DNA of 64,000 nucleotides from an uncultured Clostridia bacterium (GTDB lineage Bacteria > Bacillota > Clostridia > TANB77 > UBA1234), in the NCBI GenBank assembly GCA_934149305.1, contig CAKPEF010000002.1, forward strand, positions 75,689 to 139,688, given 5' to 3'. The notes under the pieces were generated by a model, which worked only from the letters and a program-made list of their open reading frames with translations, had not been told where the DNA came from and did not search any database. Below are positions 31,801 through 42,159 of the stretch, piece after piece. The position numbers and the translations under genes were made by a program. How positions within the stretch are numbered: position 1 is the stretch's first letter; every line of letters begins with the position of its first letter.

Positions 31801-33066
31801 GGTCTTACATCACTAGGAGTTATTGCATTAATCACAGAATTATCTAACATGGGTATAGAGGTTAAAGTGCAAGACTTTTATAGAGGAAAGAGCATAAGAA
31901 AACTAGCCAATATCTTGTTAGGTGATGATAAAAAAGATGAAGATTATAAAGATGATGAAAATTATAAAGATATATCAGACATAAAAGATATAGTGGTAGA
32001 AACGAAGAATGATGGGGATATACTATTAACAGGTGTAACAGGATTTCTTGGAATTCATTTGCTAGAAGAACTATATAAAACAACAAATAGAAAAATTTAT
32101 TGTATTATTAGAAAAAAAGAAAAATATGATGAATTCTTGAAAACATATACAAGTATTCCAAAAGAAAATGACAGGGTAATAACATTAAATGGTGATATAA
32201 CTAATGAAAAATTAGGCTTGGATGATAATGTGTACGAGAAATTGACACATGACGTTTCTATTGTAATTCATTCAGCTGCTAATGTTTCATACTTCTGTTC
32301 ATTTGAGAAAGCAAGAGCAATTAATTACATTGGGACATGCAATGTAATTGAGTTTGCTAAATTAAGTAATGCAAAATTACATCATATTTCAACGATGAGT
32401 GTTTCGGGAGATGTACTTACTAAGCAAACTATGGAATATCCAAATTTGACGGAAGATAAGTTATATATAGGACAACTATATAAAGAAAATGTTTATGCAT
32501 ATACAAAATATTTAGCTGAAAAAGAGGTTATAAAAAATATAAGAGAGAAGAAATTATCAGCATCAATATATCGTTTGCCAAACTTAACTTGGAGAATGAA
32601 AGATGGAAAGTTCCAAAAGAATTATGAAGAAAACGATTTATATATTTTGACAAAAGTAATGGCAAGAATGAATAAAATACCATTGGAAATAAAGAATGAA
32701 AATATTTTATTGGCACCAATAGATGATTTAGCAAGAGCAATAGTATTACTAATAAATAAAAAGACTCAAAATGAGGTATATCATCTAGTTAGTTCATCAA
32801 GCCCAACAATAGAAGGATATATAAAAATGCTTACTGATGCGGAGACAGTACCAATTGCAGAAATGTACAAAATACTATTAGATAATTATCAAGATAAAGA
32901 AATGCAATTTGTATCGATGTATGTAAAAGGAATTTTAAATGATGCAGAGAAAATGGTAGTACACGTACATTATGAAAAAACGGAAAAAGAGTTAGAAGAA
33001 TTAGGATTTAAATGGGGAAAAATCGATAAAGAATACGTAGAAAAGATAAAACAAATAGGTAAATAA
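28855..33066 (+). CDS. single-module nonribosomal peptide synthetase, C-A-T-R (condensation, adenylation, thiolation, terminal NAD(P)H thioester reductase)
   Basis: C domain HHAISDAWS; A domain YTSGSTGKPKG, NLYGPTE, YKTGD, GRIDNQIKIRG; carrier Ser in LSGLTSLG; R domain TGVTGFLG Rossmann motif. Confidence 0.85.
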   Translation: MFSLTEPQKNVIETDQFFKNTSISNIGGYSRFLDRVDLELMKKAINKLIENADGLRLRLKNDNGEISQYIEPYREEKIEIIKLDGENPMVQSEKWMRKPFGFTSKLYDFKLVELDGEEGIFIKLHHAISDAWSMAIVYSKVLMYYEALLNGEEIQNDIPSYTLFLESEKEYFNSKNYERDEEYWNEKYNEKPTFVSLASKKGVISVAASRKSFIISKEEKKVIEDFCTENGISMAVFFEAVVSLYASRTNNADDITLCTIGVNRSGKTEKKIVGMFNNILPMTVKIDWNSDFKNLCNSITKAHFEIFRHQKYPYQKIMHAISEKHGSSNIYDIMVSFQNAKYDENIKTKYKTEWIFNGCAELSFMMNIADMEGAGVLDVNIDYKDEAFTENEIEKIYARLMHIVQQVIRKKEISFKDIEVVTDDEKLEILKKFNDTKKDYPKEKRIYDFLEENVMKFPQKDALYFEENKMSYCEFNQKVNSLANYIISKNVKHNSIIGIMQERSFEMLISIYAALKAGCAYMPMDPHFPNDRIEFMLEDSEAPIVLTNSKWLDKLTMAKECVEVDKFDYEKYSKENPKIDVSSKDVAYVIYTSGSTGKPKGAQIQHHSAINRIKWMHEHYPLLKDDVILQKTPYTFDVSVWELFWWSMYGGSLKILIPEGHKDPLEIINAIEDKNVTHMHFVPSMLMAFLQYIKINKNQISRLKTLKYVFASGEALQSEHVKDFYNLLGQNGTILINLYGPTECTVDVSCYECPKENIPSIIPIGKPIDNTQLLILDKANKLLPVGVAGELIISGVLVGKGYIKRDELTNEKFIKNEYYDSEKMYKTGDLARWLPDGNIEYLGRIDNQIKIRGLRVELGDIENTILKYASIAETVVTVFENMGEKYLCAYFTATEEIAIPKLKEELSKELPDYMVPTYYVQLDKMPLNHNGKIDRKALPKPDTNIEEKYIAPQNELEKKLQECAERALKRKNISVESDLLLSGLTSLGVIALITELSNMGIEVKVQDFYRGKSIRKLANILLGDDKKDEDYKDDENYKDISDIKDIVVETKNDGDILLTGVTGFLGIHLLEELYKTTNRKIYCIIRKKEKYDEFLKTYTSIPKENDRVITLNGDITNEKLGLDDNVYEKLTHDVSIVIHSAANVSYFCSFEKARAINYIGTCNVIEFAKLSNAKLHHISTMSVSGDVLTKQTMEYPNLTEDKLYIGQLYKENVYAYTKYLAEKEVIKNIREKKLSASIYRLPNLTWRMKDGKFQKNYEENDLYILTKVMARMNKIPLEIKNENILLAPIDDLARAIVLLINKKTQNEVYHLVSSSSPTIEGYIKMLTDAETVPIAEMYKILLDNYQDKEMQFVSMYVKGILNDAEKMVVHVHYEKTEKELEELGFKWGKIDKEYVEKIKQIGK

Positions 33067-33359
33067 TAAAAAGAATCTTTTGTAAATCATTTAAAATAGT
33101 CGGAATAAAAAATAGAATCTAAATTGTTATTAAAAATAATATGAATCATTTTAAATTAGCTAGTCTAATAAAGATGATACATATTAAAAGTATAACAGTG
33201 AGGATTCTATTTTTGTGTGAAAACAACATATTAATTCTCATAAGCTACTAAAATGCTCTAAAAATGATTTTGCGTATTAAATGTTAAATAATAGGCCTGC
33301 AAGTATAAAACTAAGAAAAACGGCAAAAATTTACCTTAGGAGGTATATTATGGAGTCGT

Positions 33360-34502
33360 ATGGATATAGAGAAAGAAAAAATGGTAATTTTTTTAAGTAT
33401 ATACTAGTAATATTAGCTACAGCAGCAATAACTTTATACATTAACAATGCTATGCAAAAAGCAAGTGAAATAGATGACTTTGCCAAGAGACTAAGTAGCA
33501 GTGGAGAAAACACGGTAAAAGAAGAAATAACAGAGTTTAGTGCTACTAAGACAAGCAATTATATCGAAAGAGCAATGCAAAGCACAGTTGGAATAGGGCT
33601 TATAAAACCTAGTGGCACAAGTGTTTTTGATTTGGATTTAGCTAGAAAATGGGGTCTTCGGAACTGGGATAATAGTATCAGAAAAAGGATATATATTAAC
33701 AAATCAACATTTGGCACAAAAAGTTGGAGCTAAGATTGTCGTAACGCTAAACACGGGCAAATCAGTACAGGGAAAAATAGTTTGGGTGGAAGAAAACATA
33801 GACCTAAGCTTAATAAAAGTAGAAGAAAAAGGTTTGACACCTGCAATATTAGGCGATTCAAACGATATATTAGTTGGCGATGAGGTAATAGCAATCGGAA
33901 ATCCGCTTGGAGCCGAATTTCAAGGAACGACAACAAAAGGCATAGTAAGCGGTTTAGATAGAACAATAATGTTTGAAGAGAATAATGAAAAAGTATATAT
34001 GGAAGGCTTAATTCAAACAGATGCAAGTATAAATCCAGGAAACAGCGGTGGACCGCTAATAAATGCAAGGGGCGAAGTAATTGGAATAAACACAGTTAAA
34101 ATCACATCAGCAGAGGGGATAGGTTTTGCTGTACCAATAAACTTAATAAAGAATGTGATAAATTCTTATGTTTTAGAAGATAAATTCGATGAGGCATATT
34201 TAGGGCTTTATGCGTATGATAATGGAGCAATAAAATACATGGAAAATAAGAACAACTTTGAAAAAGGAATATATATCGTAAGCGTTGACAAAATAGGACC
34301 ATGTGGAAAGGTGGGAGTAGCAAAAGGCGATATATTAACAAAAATTGATGGAAAGGAAATAAATAAGATGACAAAATTAAGAGAATATTTATATTCGAAA
34401 AAGCCAGGTGAAAAAGTTGTTTTAACACTTGAAAACTCAAGCTTAAAAGAAGTAGAAGTGGAACTTCGGAAAGAAAAAATAAAAGAGATGTTAAAAAGTT
34501 AA
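33360..34502 (+). CDS. htrA: HtrA/DegP-family serine protease with a PDZ domain, interrupted by an in-frame CGG at 33659-33661 followed by a +1 frame. Given as two ORFs in the track; the second in-frame CGG at 34467 sits near the C-terminus
   Basis: TM anchor; His-box region GTGIIVSEKGYILTNQHL; Ser site GNSGGPL; PDZ. Deleting the C of the CGG yields WGLGTGIIVS. Confidence 0.65.
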
Positions 34503-34536
34503 AGGTATAGCAAAAACACTAGCTATACCCTTAATA

Positions 34537-34613
<77 letters not shown>

Positions 34614-34711
34614 ATCACAAGTATATTATACAATGATTTTTTAAAAAAGCAATAACTTAAATTAAAATCTATTGAAAATTATCGAAATCTATACTATAAT
34701 TTGTTTGCAAT

Positions 34712-34788
34712 GCGTTCGTAGCTCAGTTGGATAGAGCGCTCCCCTCCTAAGGGAGAGGTCGGAGGTTCAATTCCCCTCGGACGCACCA
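34712..34788 (+). tRNA. tRNA-Arg (anticodon CCT)
   Basis: Acceptor gcgttcg/cggacgc; anticodon loop ctCCTaa; CCA is encoded. Confidence 0.8.
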
Positions 34789-34917
34789 ATGACGTATCTG
34801 TTCGAACTAATGGAACAGAATTGATACAAAATCAATCAGAAAATAAAATCTGGTTGATTTTTACGAAAAAATATTGTGATTTGTGAACAAAGCAAACGAA
34901 TACGAGGAGGAGTAAAA

Positions 34918-35832
34918 ATGAAAAATAATATAAAGGCGGTTGCTACCGCAAGCCTAGCTGGATTTATATTAGGAACAACATTGACTGTATCTGCTGGTAC
35001 ATGGATACAAGCATATAGAAATGACGAGATAAAAATAACTTTGAATGGAAAAGAACAAACATTTAGAGATGCTACAACAAATGAAATAGAGCTACCAATT
35101 ACATATAATAATAGAACATATTTACCACTTAGAAGTTTAGCTACATTACTTGGAATAAGTGTGGATTATGATGCAAATACAAAAACAGCTATATTAGAAA
35201 CTAAAAATGATGGAAAATTGCGCCCAGAGACTATAGGAGAATTTTGCGATATAGAGGAAGAAAGTGGCTTAGTTTATTATGGACCGGATAAAAGTTTGTA
35301 TGGCTTTGAAGATGAAATTGGCCCTGGATGCTCTGTGTGGTGTGCTGTACAGGATGGTGAAAGCAAAGCAAAGGCATCTTCAACATTAAAGCCTCAAGCT
35401 GGTTTTTCTTATGAAGCTTCAAATATAACAAATGACCTTAGAAAAAATGCGTGGGTAGAAGGTGCAGATGGCTATGGTATAGGCGAATATATAGAACTAT
35501 CACAAAAGTATGTTGTAGCTGATAAGAACTATGGTATTGATTTTATGAGCTTGTGTATAGTAAATGGATATGCAGAAAATAGTGAAAAATGGAAAAACAA
35601 TAGTAGGGTAAAGGAACTAAAAATGTACTATAATGGAGAGTATATTGCTAATATTGAATTAAAGGATACTATTAAGCCACAATATATAGACATAAGTTCA
35701 TTTGGCTTACATGCTAAATCTGGCAAAGAAGCTAAATTTAAATTTGAGATTGTTGATGTATATAAAGGTGAAAAATATGAGGATACTGCTATAACAGGCA
35801 TCTGTTTCGATATTTATACACCTAATCACTAA
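34918..35832 (+). CDS. secreted protein with a copper-amine-oxidase-like N-terminal (stalk) domain
   Basis: Signal peptide; NGKEQTF...LPLRSLATLLGISVDYD motif typical of Cu_amine_oxidN1. Start chosen at the RBS-supported ATG. Confidence 0.55.
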   Translation: MKNNIKAVATASLAGFILGTTLTVSAGTWIQAYRNDEIKITLNGKEQTFRDATTNEIELPITYNNRTYLPLRSLATLLGISVDYDANTKTAILETKNDGKLRPETIGEFCDIEEESGLVYYGPDKSLYGFEDEIGPGCSVWCAVQDGESKAKASSTLKPQAGFSYEASNITNDLRKNAWVEGADGYGIGEYIELSQKYVVADKNYGIDFMSLCIVNGYAENSEKWKNNSRVKELKMYYNGEYIANIELKDTIKPQYIDISSFGLHAKSGKEAKFKFEIVDVYKGEKYEDTAITGICFDIYTPNH

Positions 35833-35860
35833 TAATATAAAATGTAATATTTCTATTATA

Positions 35861-35888
35861 AAAACTAGGAGTGCGTTCCTAGTTTTTT
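35861..35888 (+). terminator. rho-independent terminator
   Basis: Stem ctagga/tcctag followed by a T6 run. Confidence 0.65.
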
Positions 35889-35974
35889 ATTGTGTTTAAA
35901 GCTGAACAGTAACTGATAGTTGGTTACTCTTCAGCTTTAAAAACTAGAAGTATATATAGAAGATAATTGTGCTT

Positions 35975-36010
35975 TGCAAAATGTAGCGGAGCACAGTGTG
36001 CTCCATAAAA
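35975..36010 (+). repeat. copy of the GGAGC-hairpin repeat (perfect GGAGCAC-AGT-GTGCTCC palindrome variant)
   Basis: aaaatgtagcggagcacagtgtgctccataaaaatac. Confidence 0.75.
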
Positions 36011-36124
36011 ATACTACTGTTCAGGATTGACCATAAATTAAGTCTGAACAGTAACGATAGCTGAGAAAAATTAAGTTGCAATTGTTTTAATACGGCAGAT
36101 ATGATAAAATCTCAACATAAGTGA

Positions 36125-36622
<498 letters not shown>

Positions 36623-36699
36623 ATTTGACAAATGCAAAATAATGTGTTACCATATAAATACAATAAAAATGTTTGAAAATCCGATGTTCAAGCGTAATC

Positions 36700-36732
36700 G
36701 TATGTGTACTGTGAATGCACATACTTTTTTTT
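36700..36732 (+). terminator. rho-independent terminator
   Basis: Stem gtatgtg/cacatac followed by a T8 run. Confidence 0.7.
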
Positions 36733-36788
36733 GCTCAAAAATAGAGTAGACCTGTGAAATCTACCCTATCGACTATGTAGTATTTACC

Positions 36789-36920
36789 TTAGTCTTTGTC
36801 TGTCTTGTCTTCATTTACTTTTTGGGTATCTTGCTGAATTTGTTGTTGTAATTGAAAGTTCTTTTCTTTTTCAGCAATTAGCATGTCAACTAAACGAAGA
36901 ACGGTATCTCCGATCTTCAA
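36789..36920 (-). CDS. possible small protein (43 aa) with a TTG start and strong RBS; not in the ORF track
   Basis: GGGAGGTTATAGTC TTG ... KIGDTVLRLVDMLIAEKEKNFQLQQQIQQDTQKVNEDKTDKD. Confidence 0.3.
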   Translation of the reverse strand: MKIGDTVLRLVDMLIAEKEKNFQLQQQIQQDTQKVNEDKTDKD

Positions 36921-37104
36921 GACTATAACCTCCCTTCCGTCTTCAGTAAAGACTACCTTTTGACAAGAAAGGTTGGTGATATTCTACAATGATTTTGACT
37001 TAAATACAAGCGAACATTTTGAAATTCTTGATAAATATTTGCTTTCTTGGTTACTATTCGGCTTAAAAAATAAAAAGGCATGTATCGAATGCAATTATAT
37101 TTTA

Positions 37105-37145
37105 TAAAAATGTCGAGGAGCTTAGGTGTGCTCCATAAAAAATTA
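37105..37145 (+). repeat. copy of the GGAGC-hairpin repeat
   Basis: aaaaatgtcgaggagcttaggtgtgctccataaaaaatt. Confidence 0.75.
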
Positions 37146-37300
37146 TAATTCAGCATTTGCTATAAATTAAGGTTGAATAATGACAATTTGTTAAGTTATG
37201 ATTTTTTTAAAGAATAAAAAAAGTCGAAAAGTTTGACAAAAAGCAAAAAAGTTAGTACACTTATAATTAGTGTACTAACTTTTTTAATATTGAATAGGAG

Positions 37301-37721
37301 ATGATACATATGGATCTTGAAGAAGTTCTAAGAAGAATGTTACAAAGAAAATATCACATATTAGAAATGAGACTTCAAAAGTATAACCTAGTTAAAGGTC
37401 AAGCTGATTTATTAGTTGTTATAAGAGAAAACGATGGCTTAACTCAAAACGAACTTGCGAATATATTAGGCATAAAAGGTTCTTCTATGAGTGCAAGGCT
37501 AAATAAATTGGAACAATATGATTATATTAGTAGAGTGACAGATGAAGAAAATTTAAAAAAGAAGAGAATTTATATAACTAAGTCACGGAAAGATTGCAAG
37601 TATCCAATGTAAAAGAATATTGAAAGAAATCGATGAATTGATGTATGAAGGATTTTCGAAAAAAGATATAAAAACATTTGAAAAGTATATAGAAAGAATG
37701 CTAAAGAACTTAAGAGCATAA
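37301..37721 (+). CDS. MarR-family transcriptional regulator, interrupted by an in-frame CGG at 37586-37588 followed by a +1 frame (the track shows only the first 103 aa)
   Basis: Winged-helix segment GLTQNELANILGIKGSSMSARLNKLEQYDYISR; the downstream frame encodes the C-terminal helix KRILKEIDELMYEGFSKKDIKTFEKYIERMLKNLRA. Confidence 0.6.
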
Positions 37722-37898
37722 GAAATAAAAACTTAGAAATTAAAAATTTTCGATTTTCAAATACCGAGCAAAGCCTATGTGGCATATGTGATTATTTTTG
37801 AATAATATAAAAGAATAAAAGAAATTTTTTATTTACCATGAATATTACCTGGATTTTATAAATAAAATAAGCCTACCGTATGGTAGGCTTTAACTTAC

Positions 37899-38219
37899 TT
37901 ATTTCTTTTTAGCTACTGGTTTTTTAGCAACTACTTTTTTAGCTACTGGTTTAGCAGCAACCTTTTTAGCAGCTGGTTTAGCAGCAACTTTCTTAGCTAC
38001 TGGTTTAGCAGCAACTTTTTTAGCAGCTGGTTTAGCAGCAACTTTCTTAGCAGCTGGTTTAGCAGCAACTTTTGTAGCTGGCTTAGCAGCAACTTTCTTA
38101 GCTACTGGTTTAGCAGCAGCTTTTTTAGCTACTGGTTTAGCGGCAGCTTTTTTAGCTACTGGTTTAGCAGCAACTTTCTTTGCAGCTGGTTTAGCAGCAA
38201 CTTTCTTTGCAACTGGCAT
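37899..38219 (-). CDS. Lys/Ala/Pro-rich tandem-repeat basic protein (histone H1-tail-like / AlgP-like), 106 aa
   Basis: MPVAKKVAAKPAAKKVAAKPVAKK... encoded by ~30-nt DNA repeats; RBS AAGAAGGGGGGG upstream. Confidence 0.6.
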   Translation of the reverse strand: MPVAKKVAAKPAAKKVAAKPVAKKAAAKPVAKKAAAKPVAKKVAAKPATKVAAKPAAKKVAAKPAAKKVAAKPVAKKVAAKPAAKKVAAKPVAKKVVAKKPVAKKK

Positions 38220-38694
38220 GTTATTGCCCCCCCTTCTTTTGTAAAACAATATGTTTTTATAAAAATCATGAAGTAACTTTTTTAATGACACACGAAAAGT
38301 GTATCTTAAGAAAAGTGTATAAATATAATTGCCTTTTGAGCAATAACTGTAAATCTATAAAAAGATTTACACTTTCCTCATAACAAAAATATAACTAATT
38401 TCGATATTTTTTGCAATAGTATTTTGAAAAAAAATTGCACTCAAAAATAATTAGCATACTAATTATTAGTAAGCTAATTATTTTGTTATGCATAAAATGA
38501 GAATTGTGGCAAAGATAAGAAAAAATATACATTTAAAAAAATTTTTTAACTTTTTTCATATAACAAGAAAATTTATTAAATTCTTTCATATTATCCAATA
38601 ATAATTAAATATAAAAATTAAAAATCTTATCTTCATAGATAGCTAATATTTTTGAAAAAATTGTTACTATTCAACCTTAATTTATGACAGATGC

Positions 38695-38735
38695 TGAATT
38701 ATAATTTTTTATGGAGCATACCTAAGTTCCTCTAC
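38695..38735 (-). repeat. reverse-oriented copy of the GGAGC-hairpin repeat
   Basis: Reverse complement reads atgtagaggaacttaggtatgctccataaaaaa. Confidence 0.65.
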
Positions 38736-38884
38736 ATTTTTTATCCATAATTACATTCAATGTATATTTTTGTTTTTGAAGACTAAATAGTAACTGAAGA
38801 CTTAATAATAACAAAAAATTTTAAGAAAATATACTAGTAATTTGAATTCTATTGTAATATAATGAAAACGAAGGTGGTGAAGTA

Positions 38885-40033
38885 ATGCAATACGACAAAC
38901 TACTTAACGAAGACAAGAGAAAATTATTAAGTTTGGTCAAACACGAATGTGTGAAGCTTGATTTTTCTAAGCTTACAAATGTCCTTGATAATAATTATGC
39001 TGAGCCGTTATGGATGGATGTTTCAGTTTTACTTTATGCGCTTAATATTCAAAATCCAGATATAACAGTATTTAACATATTGCTAAAAAAACTTTCTAAA
39101 CCTTTTGCAAGATTTTACTTTAAAGATGGCGAAAAAAGGTATATTGCTACCACAAATGAACTACTTATGAAGCAGTATTTATGGTATCAAATTACAAATG
39201 AACCTCAAGAGTATTACATAAATGTTCAATATATTCCACAAAAAGACTACATAAAACAATTGCTAAACTTAGATAAGTTCACTAATTGTGGGATATATGT
39301 AAAACATATTACAGAAGATAAATTTTTATTAACACCTATAAACAAAGAAATCTCTAATATTGACGAGGCAGAGATTGTATACAATGAGTTAATAGAAGTA
39401 CAAGATTTATTTAAAAGTTTAAAACTTTCAACCAAAAATTTCTTGGAGCATTATTCTGTTGCAAACAATCTAGCAAAAGATAAAAGAATGATAGCAACGC
39501 TTAGTAATATGCTTAGCTTATTTAGTTGTGAGTTTGTGCTAGAGAATGATTACATAACTATACCAAATACAAATTTGGTAATTAGAAACGAAGATGATGC
39601 TATGGTTTGTCAAGCAAAGGTAATCGATGCATATCATTTCTTTAGAAATGTAATAAACACACAAGATAAAAAGGATATAGTTAGTGAAATTTATAATCAA
39701 AAAATATCTTTAGACATAAAAAGACAGTTTGAGGAGCACTTGCAAGAATATATAAAGGCGATAAAAAATAAAGAGCTTATCGATTGGATTGTCACAATTT
39801 CAAAAGAGAGCAAATATACATTAAAAATAAATTTCGATGAGCAAGGCGTTTTTTATATAGATGGTGCTATTATAGTCACAGAGCAAGATGCAAAAGAGTA
39901 TTACATTGATTATATGGAAAAAAAGAAAGAAAAGCTTGCAATGGCTGTATACAATAACAACATTGTAAATAAACTTAAAAAGGTTTGGAATATTTTCAAA
40001 TCAAAATTTACAAAAATTTCGTTTGGTAAATAA
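38885..40033 (+). CDS. hypothetical protein
   Basis: Long ORF with RBS; no recognisable motifs. Confidence 0.5.
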   Translation: MQYDKLLNEDKRKLLSLVKHECVKLDFSKLTNVLDNNYAEPLWMDVSVLLYALNIQNPDITVFNILLKKLSKPFARFYFKDGEKRYIATTNELLMKQYLWYQITNEPQEYYINVQYIPQKDYIKQLLNLDKFTNCGIYVKHITEDKFLLTPINKEISNIDEAEIVYNELIEVQDLFKSLKLSTKNFLEHYSVANNLAKDKRMIATLSNMLSLFSCEFVLENDYITIPNTNLVIRNEDDAMVCQAKVIDAYHFFRNVINTQDKKDIVSEIYNQKISLDIKRQFEEHLQEYIKAIKNKELIDWIVTISKESKYTLKINFDEQGVFYIDGAIIVTEQDAKEYYIDYMEKKKEKLAMAVYNNNIVNKLKKVWNIFKSKFTKISFGK

Positions 40034-40119
40034 AAAATTATACTAGACAAGCAAAATATTTTGTGCTAAAATATGCTTGTCTAGTAGAGATATAAAGTAT
40101 ATAATCAAGCCATAAGGTG

Positions 40120-40225
40120 TGTTTATATGAATGATGTGCAATATTAGCCTATGAACCTCGTCAGGTCCGGAAGGAAGCAGCGATAAGTAGATACTTTTAT
40201 GTGCAACATCATTCATATAAGTATA
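40120..40225 (+). ncRNA. ffs: signal recognition particle RNA (small 4.5S-type)
   Basis: Conserved GUCAGGUCCGGAAGGAAGCAGC domain IV motif, closed by a 14-bp helix tatatgaatgatgt/acatcattcatata. It sits in the canonical position upstream of dnaX. Confidence 0.8.
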
Positions 40226-40319
40226 TCTTGTGGTAATTTTTTTATACAAAAGAAAATTTAAAATCTTACAAGTAAAATAGAAAAAGATATAGATTTAAAT
40301 ATTAAGAAAGGAGAAATTT

Positions 40320-41750
40320 ATGTCGTATAAGGCTTTATATAGAACTTTTAGACCACTTGTTTTTTCAGATGTAATAGGACAAGAACATATAACTGATACA
40401 TTAAAAAATCAAATCCAAACAGGCAGGGTGGCACATGCATATTTGTTTAGTGGAGGCAGGGGAAGCGGAAAAACTTCAACAGCAAAAATCTTGGCAAGAG
40501 CTGTAAATTGCTTGAATCCTAAAAATGGCGAGCCATGCAATGAGTGTGAAATATGCAAAGCAGCAATTGACGGTGCACTTACTGATATTAGCGAAATTGA
40601 TGCAGCATCTAATAATGGTGTTGATAATATAAGAGATATAAGAGAAGAAGTTGAATATGTTCCAACAAATTCAAAGTATAGAGTTTATATAATAGATGAG
40701 GTGCATATGCTTTCAACTGGTGCTTTCAATGCACTTTTAAAAACTCTTGAGGAGCCACCTAAACATGTTATATTTATTTTGGCAACAACGGAACCTCAAA
40801 AACTTCCGGTTACAATTCTTTCGAGATGTCAAAGATTTGATTTTAGAAGATTGTCAGTAGAGAACATAATGAAGAGATTAAGGTACATTTGTAGCCAAAT
40901 AAATGTTGAACCAGAAGAGAACGCGTTAAAGTTAATAGCTAAAATGGCAGATGGTGCAATGCGTGATGCAATAAGTTTATTAGATAGATGTGTCGCAGAT
41001 GGCGAGGCGCAAATAACAGAAAAAGCAGTAAGAGAGTTAGTAGGCGTACCGGAGTTTGAATATTTATCTAGAATGGTGGAAAACATAGTAAAACACGATA
41101 CTAGCGGTATGCTAGAATTATCACAGAAAATTATAGATGAAGGTAAGGACTTAGAATTTTATATTTGGGAGTTAATAAAATTTATCAGAGATATTGTTGT
41201 ATTGGAGGCAACTAATGATAAAAATCTATATGGAGAAGAAGAGCTAAAAAAGATACAAGAAATAATAAAAATCTCAAGTCAGGCAGAACTTTTAAATTTA
41301 ATTCCAACGCTTTCAGAGCTTCAAAACGATATGAAATGGGCAATAGATAAAGATATTATGTTTGAAACTGGACTTTTAAAAATTACTATAAATAAAAATA
41401 TAGATACCATAATACAAAAAAATAATACTATCGAAAGAAAAACAGAAGCGGTGCCAGAAAAAATAGTGCCAGTTAGTGAAAAAGTCATACCAGAAGTATC
41501 TTCTTCTACTGAAGATTTAAAAACAAAAGTATTGACAAATCTAAAAGAAAATCGCAAAATGATAATGCATACTATTTTATCTACAGCACAGTTTCAAAAG
41601 GTTGATGAGGATTTGATTCATATAATATTTAACAAAAATATTGATGATGTTAATAAGCAATACATGCAAAAAGAAGATAGCAAGATGCTTATCAAAGAAG
41701 TTGTAAAGAATACAGAAGGTAAAGAAATGAAGATAAAATATGTTTTTTAA
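40320..41750 (+). CDS. dnaX: DNA polymerase III subunit gamma/tau
   Basis: AAA+ motifs GRVAHAYLFSGGRGSGKTS; zinc module CNECEIC. Confidence 0.9.
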   Translation: MSYKALYRTFRPLVFSDVIGQEHITDTLKNQIQTGRVAHAYLFSGGRGSGKTSTAKILARAVNCLNPKNGEPCNECEICKAAIDGALTDISEIDAASNNGVDNIRDIREEVEYVPTNSKYRVYIIDEVHMLSTGAFNALLKTLEEPPKHVIFILATTEPQKLPVTILSRCQRFDFRRLSVENIMKRLRYICSQINVEPEENALKLIAKMADGAMRDAISLLDRCVADGEAQITEKAVRELVGVPEFEYLSRMVENIVKHDTSGMLELSQKIIDEGKDLEFYIWELIKFIRDIVVLEATNDKNLYGEEELKKIQEIIKISSQAELLNLIPTLSELQNDMKWAIDKDIMFETGLLKITINKNIDTIIQKNNTIERKTEAVPEKIVPVSEKVIPEVSSSTEDLKTKVLTNLKENRKMIMHTILSTAQFQKVDEDLIHIIFNKNIDDVNKQYMQKEDSKMLIKEVVKNTEGKEMKIKYVF

Positions 41751-41774
41751 AATAAAAAATAGGAGGAATTTATT

Positions 41775-42119
41775 ATGTCAAGATTTGGTGGATATCCAGG
41801 AATGGGTGGAGGAAATATGAATCAGCTATTAAAACAAGCACAAAAAATGCAAGCTGATATGCTTAAAACACAAGAGGATATAGAAGCAAAAGAAGTTGAG
41901 GTTACAAGTGGTGGTGGTGCAATAACACTTGTTATGACAGGTAAAAAGAGAATTAAATCTATAAAAATCAAAAAAGAAGTTGTAGATAGCGATGATGTAG
42001 AAATGTTAGAAGATTTAATAATGACTGCTGTAAATGAAGGAATTGCAAAAATAGAAGATGTTGCAGAAAATGAGATGAAAAAATATAACATACCAGGCGG
42101 TCTTGGTGGTTTAATGTAA
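41775..42119 (+). CDS. ybaB: YbaB/EbfC nucleoid-associated protein
   Basis: NMNQLLKQAQKMQADM...VTSGGGAITLVMTG. Confidence 0.85.
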   Translation: MSRFGGYPGMGGGNMNQLLKQAQKMQADMLKTQEDIEAKEVEVTSGGGAITLVMTGKKRIKSIKIKKEVVDSDDVEMLEDLIMTAVNEGIAKIEDVAENEMKKYNIPGGLGGLM

Positions 42120-42159
42120 GTATAAGTGATTGAAAATAGAAAAGCGGAGGATTAAAAAT

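Noticed and set aside
33281-33359. Upstream start MLNNRPASIKLRK for htrA
   Set aside because: The RBS AGGAGGT precedes the ATG at 33360 (MESYGY...).
40043-40249. Minus-strand 68-aa ORF
   Set aside because: It overlaps the SRP RNA gene. The SRP motif and closing helix explain the region.
42130-42159. Upstream start for recR ([10 protein letters not shown])
   Set aside because: The conserved RecR N-terminus begins at MAFSAS and has its own GGAGGA RBS. The upstream CGG lies in that RBS.
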